Positions 47,852 to 54,099 of a stretch of 54,099 nt of DNA are shown here, one piece after another; the stretch's first letter is position 1; every line of letters begins with the position of its first letter. A program made the position numbers and the translations under genes. The notes below the pieces were generated by a model, which saw only the letters and a program-made list of their open reading frames with translations, ran no database searches and was not told the origin of the DNA. Source of the stretch: a virus. The stretch lies in the IMG/VR virus record IMGVR_UViG_3300022212_000093, positions 1 to 54,099 of that record, one strand, 5' to 3'.

Positions 47852-47931
47852 TCTCTTATTAATTAATTAATTAATTATACGAATACGTATTCGTATAAAG
47901 TAATAGAGAGATAATAAGAGATATCTTTTTT
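47852..47931. repeat. AT-rich palindromic element, copy 2
   Basis: 79/80 identical to 19357-19436, same orientation. Confidence 0.95.
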
Positions 47932-48010
47932 TAAAGGAATCAAGTATAAAAGGTTTTTGTCTAGGTGTTCCGTCATTGTGGATTTGTGGAGGTCTGAAAA
48001 CGACCTCCCC

Positions 48011-48060
48011 AAACTCTTCGAAATTACCACAAAACCTACTTGTTAACAAACCGAAGAGTT
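48011..48060 (+). repeat. About 50 bp imperfect repeat unit, copy 1 (copy 2 at 48281-48330)
   Basis: Terminal inverted arms and internal palindrome TTGTTAACAA in both copies. Confidence 0.8.
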
Positions 48061-48127
48061 AGAAACTATAAGTGTAAAGACTGCGCGAGACACTTTACTG
48101 TGAGATCGTAGAGGAGGACGAATAATT

Positions 48128-48259
48128 ATGAAGAGTAGAGAACAATACATCAGACCCTACCTTGACGAAGCCAACAGAAGATACGATGAAATGATTGATG
48201 AGCTGGTTAGTAAGTATAAGACAGACGTGGAAGAGGAGGAAGATTTAGACGAAGACTAG
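48128..48259 (+). CDS. Small acidic protein (43 aa)
   Basis: GAGGAGG RBS; MKSREQYIRPYLDEANRRYDEMIDELVSKYKTDVEEEEDLDED. Confidence 0.5.
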   Translation: MKSREQYIRPYLDEANRRYDEMIDELVSKYKTDVEEEEDLDED

Positions 48260-48679
48260 GGAAGAATACATTAGGGCTCTAAATTCTTCAGAAATTACTG
48301 CAAAACCAACTTGTTAACAAACCGAAGAATAAAAACGCTATCGGTAGATATTTACACCCTTAAAAAAACCATTGTCGGGAGAACTTGCTATATTTATATA
48401 AATGTTTTTGGTGCTTAGATAAACTCAAAACATGAAAAAGCATAATATAAAAATAGGTTAGATAAAACAATAATACATTTTCGATGTTAGGGCAATTTTT
48501 ATTACTCTTTTCTTATTTTAGGAAGCAATTAAGGGCTAATCCCCGCCATTTCAATGGTGGGATACAGCCCTTCAACTTCCTAACATAATAGCGTTAAATT
48601 AATATACACATGGTTAAAAAAGCAGATTATGGAATGGTCATCTCTGGAATCCGTCTATGATACAAAAAGATATAAATAA

Positions 48680-48701
48680 TAGGTTAGCCTAATTATCAGT
48701 T
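48680..48701 (+). repeat. 22 bp direct repeat TAGGTTAGCCTAATTATCAGTT (copy 2 at 49197-49218)
   Basis: Identical copies, each just after ATAAATA. Confidence 0.9.
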
Positions 48702-48757
48702 GGTATTTGGTTTCGAAGCTATCCGAAATGTCAAAATCAAAAAAGCTTGTTTGTTTT

Positions 48758-48803
48758 ATGGTTTTCTGTCCTCCTTGGGTTATTTCGGAGGACAGAAAAC
48801 CAT
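48758..48803. other. 17 bp perfect inverted repeat with a 12 nt loop
   Basis: ATGGTTTTCTGTCCTCC / GGAGGACAGAAAACCAT. Confidence 0.9.
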
Positions 48804-49524
48804 TGAAGCGTTAGAATCGTAACCCTTTTGTATAATCAGATATAATAATAACATATTATTATATTGACCACCCAATTTAAGCGTACTTATCCGAAAAATA
48901 TAAATTAATGTAGAGACAAATACATCCTTTGACGAGGGATGTATCCGTCGGTGGATTCACGATATCTAATGCCTCGGGACTGATTGGAGCCAGCCCCAGG
49001 CTTTCTGTTCTCCTTTTTCCATTTTGGTTTTTTAATTCTCTATGATCTTTATGCTTTTGTTGTACCACTGGAGACACACAAATATTTTTTGTGCCACTCG
49101 AAATCTATTTATACCTTTCAAATTGTATATACAATTATCAGTTTTGTTGAGAAACTGATAATGTTAGAAATGTCTGAGTGAAAAAGGCATAAATATTAGG
49201 TTAGCCTAATTATCAGTTAGGCTGTGCAGTTTTTCGGCTCTTTGGAGATTGGCGCCTCCAAAGGGTCTACTTACCTTATTCTGTATTGCTTCTCCTGTTC
49301 GCTTTTTTGTTTTCTCATGTTTTCTTTTCTTTTATGTTTACTTTTTTGTGTTTCTCAGGCTCACTGTTAAACGCTCTGGTTAATCTTGATATATCCGTTT
49401 TCCTGATCTTAATCTCATTTTCTAGTTTTTATCTAGCTTAACATTTTTATACGATTTTTTTTATACAAGCAAACGCATAATATGTTTAATAGCGTGAACA
49501 GATGAAAAACGAGGTTTCCCCCGC

Positions 49525-50763
49525 ATGGCTTCTAAAACGACAACCGCAGCAAAGACCGCAGGCTCTAAAATCCGGCTGGGTGCCTCCCTTAATGTAACAA
49601 AGCGGGACGACAAAACCAGCACTATAGGCGGTATTTCAAATTTCGACACTAATAACCGTTTCAGATATTATCAGCAGCTCAGCACGGCTTCCCCTTACGT
49701 CTCTGTCCCTCTTAACAAACTGGGCCTTATGCTGTCTAAGGGGATGAGCGCAGACAGCAAGAAAAAAACCCTAATTAAAGAGTTTGAGACCTGGAGGAAG
49801 AAAGCAAACCTTAACGAGCAGGTCGCCACGATCGGGCGGTTACTATGTCGAGACGGTATAATCATCGGAAAGCCTGCCGGGGATGAAACCCATTTCACGC
49901 TATACCCTTTATTAATGCCTTATACCACCGTACTACCGGAAGGAGTAAAACCAAATGACAGACCTACCGATGTGATGCAGGCACCTATCGCCACTGTAGT
50001 GATAAACGAGGGCTCTACATCTCAGAAGACCATCGACCCTTCCGAGCTAATCATCGGGAACTTAAACCCCTGGGACTACGTGCAGGAAGACATTAAGCAG
50101 CGTGAAACAATCGGGCTCTATGGGTCCAGCTTACTCGATCCACTAGAGCTCAGTATAAGAAACCTGCTGAATATCAATAAGGGGTATGTCTCTTTTGTGA
50201 AACGCTATGGGATGGGGCGTTATCATTACGATCATGTTATGCTCGAAAAGCTCGTCGAAGCTGAGATCATAACCCCTGAGGACGCCGGGAAGCTTCACGA
50301 CGAATGGCTCGAAGATAATAAAAACCTCTCAGAAAACGAGGACATCTCTGCAATCGGTTTAAAGGTTATTCCGATCGACGCAAAAGGCAGCCTAGACGTC
50401 ATGGGCTTTAAGGAGTCGCTAGAAACCGAAATCCAGCTCGGGTTATTCCAGACCCCCTTAACTATGGGAAAGGCTAGCGGGACAACCTACGCGAGCGGCT
50501 ACCTTGTAGAAGAAGACCGGCTCGTCGTCCTGGAGGGCCTGCAGAAGATCACCGAGAATATTACCCAGGATTTCGTTAACCGTTGGCTCGTATCTAAAGG
50601 GAAGCCCGAGGACTCGATCGAAATAAAATTCGAGGAGCTCTCAAAGGTCAAGCTCACAGCCTCAGAGGTCCAGGAAATGTATAACACTGGAGTTATAGAG
50701 CGCGACGAGTTCCGAAAATGGAGCGGTTTCTATCTAGTGAACGGGGAAGAAGCTGAAGAATAA
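49525..50763 (+). CDS. Portal protein
   Basis: 412 aa after TerL; portal-like pattern (LCRDG, YGSSLLDPLE, GLFQTPL..G..SGTTYAS, IEIKFEE, terminal ERDEFR). Confidence 0.8.
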   Translation: MASKTTTAAKTAGSKIRLGASLNVTKRDDKTSTIGGISNFDTNNRFRYYQQLSTASPYVSVPLNKLGLMLSKGMSADSKKKTLIKEFETWRKKANLNEQVATIGRLLCRDGIIIGKPAGDETHFTLYPLLMPYTTVLPEGVKPNDRPTDVMQAPIATVVINEGSTSQKTIDPSELIIGNLNPWDYVQEDIKQRETIGLYGSSLLDPLELSIRNLLNINKGYVSFVKRYGMGRYHYDHVMLEKLVEAEIITPEDAGKLHDEWLEDNKNLSENEDISAIGLKVIPIDAKGSLDVMGFKESLETEIQLGLFQTPLTMGKASGTTYASGYLVEEDRLVVLEGLQKITENITQDFVNRWLVSKGKPEDSIEIKFEELSKVKLTASEVQEMYNTGVIERDEFRKWSGFYLVNGEEAEE

Positions 50764-50796
50764 CGATTATATAAAGAGGTTAAAAGAGGTTAAAAA

Positions 50797-51393
50797 ATGG
50801 TAACTATTAATATAGTACCTGCAAACACTCCAGCCTATACTGTGGACGACGAGGGAGCTATCCATATTGTCTTAAAGGATACAGCGAACACCTACACAGA
50901 CGGCAGCAACCCGCAAAAAGATTTTATTGTCATTCCGAAAGAGCAAACGATGCAGGGTCTAAACAAGGCTCTGACTCTGGCAAAAGAGGAAGCTATCGAT
51001 TATTTCAGGAAGGAAGCTGAAAAAATTGCTTACCGTGAGTTGGTTCTTTACGGCATGAGCCACGTAACTATCCCGGAGGTAATCTTCTCAGGCGATCCGT
51101 CGAAGTACGAGAAGATCGAGAAAGTCGGAGTTAACAAGGACGAAATTATTATCGCCGATTCTATCGAGGTGCAGGCCATAACCCCTGAGATCTTCGAGGT
51201 TACTGCCTCCGTGATAGGGAAGGATCAGGACAGATCCCAGGCTAAAAGGGTTAAGGTCAAGTGGAATAAAAACTCAGGGCTCGACGAGTGCAGGGACCGG
51301 CTTATCTCAGCCTTCAATAACACAAAGGCAACACTAGAAGACGCAGTCCGGGCCCAGCTTATGCAGGGCATAGGGACAGTTATACCAGAATAA
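50797..51393 (+). CDS. Hypothetical (virion-associated?) protein
   Basis: GAGGT RBS; late operon. Confidence 0.7.
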   Translation: MVTINIVPANTPAYTVDDEGAIHIVLKDTANTYTDGSNPQKDFIVIPKEQTMQGLNKALTLAKEEAIDYFRKEAEKIAYRELVLYGMSHVTIPEVIFSGDPSKYEKIEKVGVNKDEIIIADSIEVQAITPEIFEVTASVIGKDQDRSQAKRVKVKWNKNSGLDECRDRLISAFNNTKATLEDAVRAQLMQGIGTVIPE

Positions 51394-51407
51394 AAACAGT
51401 GGTTTAA

Positions 51408-51737
51408 ATGAGCTTTAACAGTGTGAAAGTAATAAGCAGCGCAGCAGTAAGCGCAGGGGCTACAAATGACCCGGTAGTCGTGAAACTGGAAGACACCTTA
51501 AACCAGATAATTATCTATGTGGTAAACGAGGGAGACAGCACAAATTTAACGGTAAATGTAGGCTCATCCCCTGACGGGGTTAATAACGCTCCCCTGCAGC
51601 AAGTTACTTTAAGCACAGCTTTAAGGGTCGCTCAGATCCCCGTCGATGTAGTACCTGCTTACCTTATCTTTACGGCTACTAACCATGACGCCACAAACGC
51701 GACAAAATACAGCGTTATAATATCACAGAGGGCTTAA
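51408..51737 (+). CDS. Small beta-sandwich structural protein candidate
   Basis: Beta-rich 109 aa; late operon. Confidence 0.6.
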   Translation: MSFNSVKVISSAAVSAGATNDPVVVKLEDTLNQIIIYVVNEGDSTNLTVNVGSSPDGVNNAPLQQVTLSTALRVAQIPVDVVPAYLIFTATNHDATNATKYSVIISQRA

Positions 51738-51738
51738 A

Positions 51739-52383
51739 GTGATACTACGTACCCCTTCGGCCCCCTTCGAGCGAATAGATCCCCAGGGGGAGTCTATCAC
51801 AATCGAGACAGAAGGAAAAACCTTAGTAATTCCAACAGGAAATCATGATATTCTCTCAAACTTAAATGAGTATACACTTTCCAGAAGTGGAGAGGTTCTT
51901 GAAATTGGTACATATACGCTAACTGATGCAGAATTACAATATATGATAAAACCTTGGATTGCTCTATATGATCCTGCTAAAACAGTATTAAACTTTTTTT
52001 TATTTACACACAAACCTAAAAAACTACAATATAAAATTTCCAATGTAGTAATAAACTCAGCGCAATTCCAAACGGCTGACGGTGTGAACTTTGTCACAGC
52101 AGACGAAACAAACTTTCTTGTAAATGTTACTGACAAATATATTACGCAATTAATTTTATTCCCCGGTAATGGACTTATCTACTACGGGCAAATCACTCAC
52201 TGCGATTTAACGCGGGACACAGATTCAGACTTAATTCCTGATATATTGGGGAGACATCCTTATCATTTTGTAACAGCAGACGGGGCAGCATATACAACTG
52301 CCGACGGCGCGTATTTTGATTTTTCACTTCTTTTTGATGGATCGGTAACAAAATTTTTAGAAGCTTACGGAATGGTGATATAA
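51739..52383 (+). CDS. Hypothetical virion protein with TADG repeats
   Basis: FQTADGVNFVTADE and FVTADGAAYTTADG motifs; TAATG coupling to the spike gene. Confidence 0.65.
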   Translation: MILRTPSAPFERIDPQGESITIETEGKTLVIPTGNHDILSNLNEYTLSRSGEVLEIGTYTLTDAELQYMIKPWIALYDPAKTVLNFFLFTHKPKKLQYKISNVVINSAQFQTADGVNFVTADETNFLVNVTDKYITQLILFPGNGLIYYGQITHCDLTRDTDSDLIPDILGRHPYHFVTADGAAYTTADGAYFDFSLLFDGSVTKFLEAYGMVI

Positions 52384-54099
52384 TGGCAAACTACATAAGC
52401 ATAATTCCAGATGGGGAGACAGTTGATGCCCTTCTTACGACCGTGCAAAATTCTAATCTTTCCGCGACACACAAAATAACACGTTCTGCAACTATTGTTG
52501 TGGCTGCTTCGGATAGTTCGGAGAAGAGTAAGGCACAAGCGGATTATATTTGTGATGGGACGAATGACGAGGTTGAAATCCAGGCAGCTATCAGCGCACT
52601 TTCGGCAACCGGAGGACGAATATTATTATTAGAGGGAACATATAATGTTACAAACATTTCGTGTGACGTTGATGATATTACACTAGAGGGCGAAGGGAGA
52701 TCAACTGTACTCAAACTGAATAATGCTGCAAATTCTTCAATAATTTCGATTGGAAAAGCAGGAGAATCGCACTCAAACATAACAATAAAAAATGTAACAC
52801 TTGACGGGAATAGTAACGAACAGTCTTCAGCAGCAAATAAGAGCGCACTACTATCAATCCCGTACACGGTATCAAATATTACACTTGAATCAATTTACTT
52901 TACAAATTCATACGCATGTGCGATTAAAACGGGTTCTTCAGTTGCGTCAAATGTATCTATAATACAGTGTGATTTTTACGATACTGATAAATCCGCACTT
53001 GGTAATCATGTAGTTGACCTGAACGGCATAACTCAACTCGTAATTGACAATTGTTATATTAATCTTTCAGGGAGCGGAACAACTATCTCTGATGGTTTTG
53101 GGATACGTGGCTGTACAGATGTGAATATTAGCAACGTGTCAATATCCAATATCAGTGGACACTGTATAATGATCGCAAACGGATCAAAATTTGTTAACAT
53201 TGATAACGTGAATACGTGGGGCAGTAGGCTCGAAGGAGTGTGTGTGGAATGGCAGGCGGATGGTACACATGGTTTAGATGGTATCTATAATCAAGACATA
53301 AATATTAATAATGTTACCGTAAACCAAACCTCTATGTACGGGATATATGTAGAGGATGCAATAGGGGTCAATGTGTCAAATTGCATTGTAAATGGACCGG
53401 TTTTACTTAACCACTATTATGCAAACAATTGTATGGATGTAAACTATGTTAATTGCATTGCGCGTGTGGGCGTAAATGCAAAATATATGTTTTATTCGCT
53501 TGAGAATGCAACTAATGTTAGTTATGAAAATTGTATGGCACACCCCAGTACAGCTGGTGCACGTGGTTTCTCGTGTCTAGCCGGTGCAAAAAACATAATT
53601 TTTAACAATTGTTATGTTTATGACTGTGACGGTTATGCATTTATGATTGCAGCAGACGGAACAATTGTGAAAAACTGTACTCTCTCAGAAATCAAAACAA
53701 CTACAAATCCAGTTGGTATAACTGGAGCTAACTGTCAATTTATTGGCAATACTATCAAATACGCAACCGGTGTAACTCCTACACAAGATATCGTCATTAC
53801 AGGGGCAAACGCTACAGTTATTGATAATAAATTAGTAAAAGGGAACATAACAGATTCTACAGGTACAGCAGTTTTCAGGCGTTTTGTTCAAACTTTTACA
53901 GACGTCAAGGCGAGTGTCACAAATGGCATCTGTTCAAGCGTCGATTTAAGTACAGCCGTTCCAATTTCCTTCACTCTGGCTGGACAGCCGGATTATCCTC
54001 GCAGTATCAAATTCGCATTCGCGTCTCATGCTAACATTACAGCGTTTTCAATAACGATAACGGGCATAAATTCTTTAGGGGCTAAAGTTTCAGAAACTT
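52383..54099 (+). CDS. Beta-helix spike/adhesin protein (about 674 aa; continues at 2-427); missed by the ORF track
   Basis: AQADYICDGTNDEVEIQAAI..GGRILLLEGTYNV pectate-lyase-like cap, parallel beta-helix repeats; in frame with the open segment at 2-427. Confidence 0.85.
   Translation, partial: MANYISIIPDGETVDALLTTVQNSNLSATHKITRSATIVVAASDSSEKSKAQADYICDGTNDEVEIQAAISALSATGGRILLLEGTYNVTNISCDVDDITLEGEGRSTVLKLNNAANSSIISIGKAGESHSNITIKNVTLDGNSNEQSSAANKSALLSIPYTVSNITLESIYFTNSYACAIKTGSSVASNVSIIQCDFYDTDKSALGNHVVDLNGITQLVIDNCYINLSGSGTTISDGFGIRGCTDVNISNVSISNISGHCIMIANGSKFVNIDNVNTWGSRLEGVCVEWQADGTHGLDGIYNQDININNVTVNQTSMYGIYVEDAIGVNVSNCIVNGPVLLNHYYANNCMDVNYVNCIARVGVNAKYMFYSLENATNVSYENCMAHPSTAGARGFSCLAGAKNIIFNNCYVYDCDGYAFMIAADGTIVKNCTLSEIKTTTNPVGITGANCQFIGNTIKYATGVTPTQDIVITGANATVIDNKLVKGNITDSTGTAVFRRFVQTFTDVKASVTNGICSSVDLSTAVPISFTLAGQPDYPRSIKFAFASHANITAFSITITGINSLGAKVSET
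53981..54099 (+). repeat. Terminal direct repeat, copy 2
   Basis: Identical to 1-119. Confidence 0.97.

Larger units (their letters stand above)
1..54099. mobile_element. Complete circular genome of a tailed (siphovirus-like), probably temperate, archaeal virus; host probably Methanosarcinaceae
   Basis: Terminal 119 bp duplication; terminase, portal, capsid, tail tube, tape measure, MCM and tyrosine recombinase all present; no tail sheath gene recognised. Confidence 0.92.

Noticed and set aside
48128-48443. Longer protein by pyrrolysine read-through of three TAG codons after the 43 aa ORF
   Set aside because: The extension is AT-rich, runs through the repeat unit and shows no protein-like pattern; three ambers in a row is unlikely.
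1-54099. CRISPR array or mini-array
   Set aside because: No repeat of 25-40 bp recurs with spacer-sized gaps; the repeats found are pairs hundreds to thousands of bases apart or gapless tandems.
53981-54099. Biological direct terminal repeat of the virion DNA
   Set aside because: It falls mid-gene and its length is typical of an assembler k-mer overlap; true termini cannot be inferred.

Overview
The window looks like a complete circular genome (about 53,980 bp; bases 53981-54099 repeat bases 1-119) of a temperate, long-tailed (siphovirus-like) archaeal virus. The likely host is Methanosarcina or a close relative, inferred from a DUF1699-like gene, PKD and beta-helix surface proteins, an MCM helicase, archaeal TATA/RBS signals and near-total avoidance of UAG stops. 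The virion gene set appears essentially complete: TerL, portal, MuF-like head protein, protease/scaffold, encapsulin-like HK97-fold capsid, neck, tail tube, chaperones with a -1 frameshift, tape measure and adhesins. It also carries MCM, a compact tyrosine recombinase and a tRNA-Gln(UUG). A 17 kb accessory block splits the head genes. It contains (i) an operon resembling a minimal type IV secretion/conjugation system (pilin-like, VirB6-like, VirB3/PrgI-like, and VirB4 ATPase with a nuclease-like tail) and (ii) a leftward early-gene array with repeated promoters that includes a Csx20-like candidate viral ring nuclease. Non-coding regions hold two copies of an 80 bp AT-rich palindromic element, a two-gene cassette between 63 bp direct repeats, four operator-like palindromes at exact 25 bp spacing, and several structured-RNA candidates. 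Family assignments come from motif recognition by eye, not database searches.
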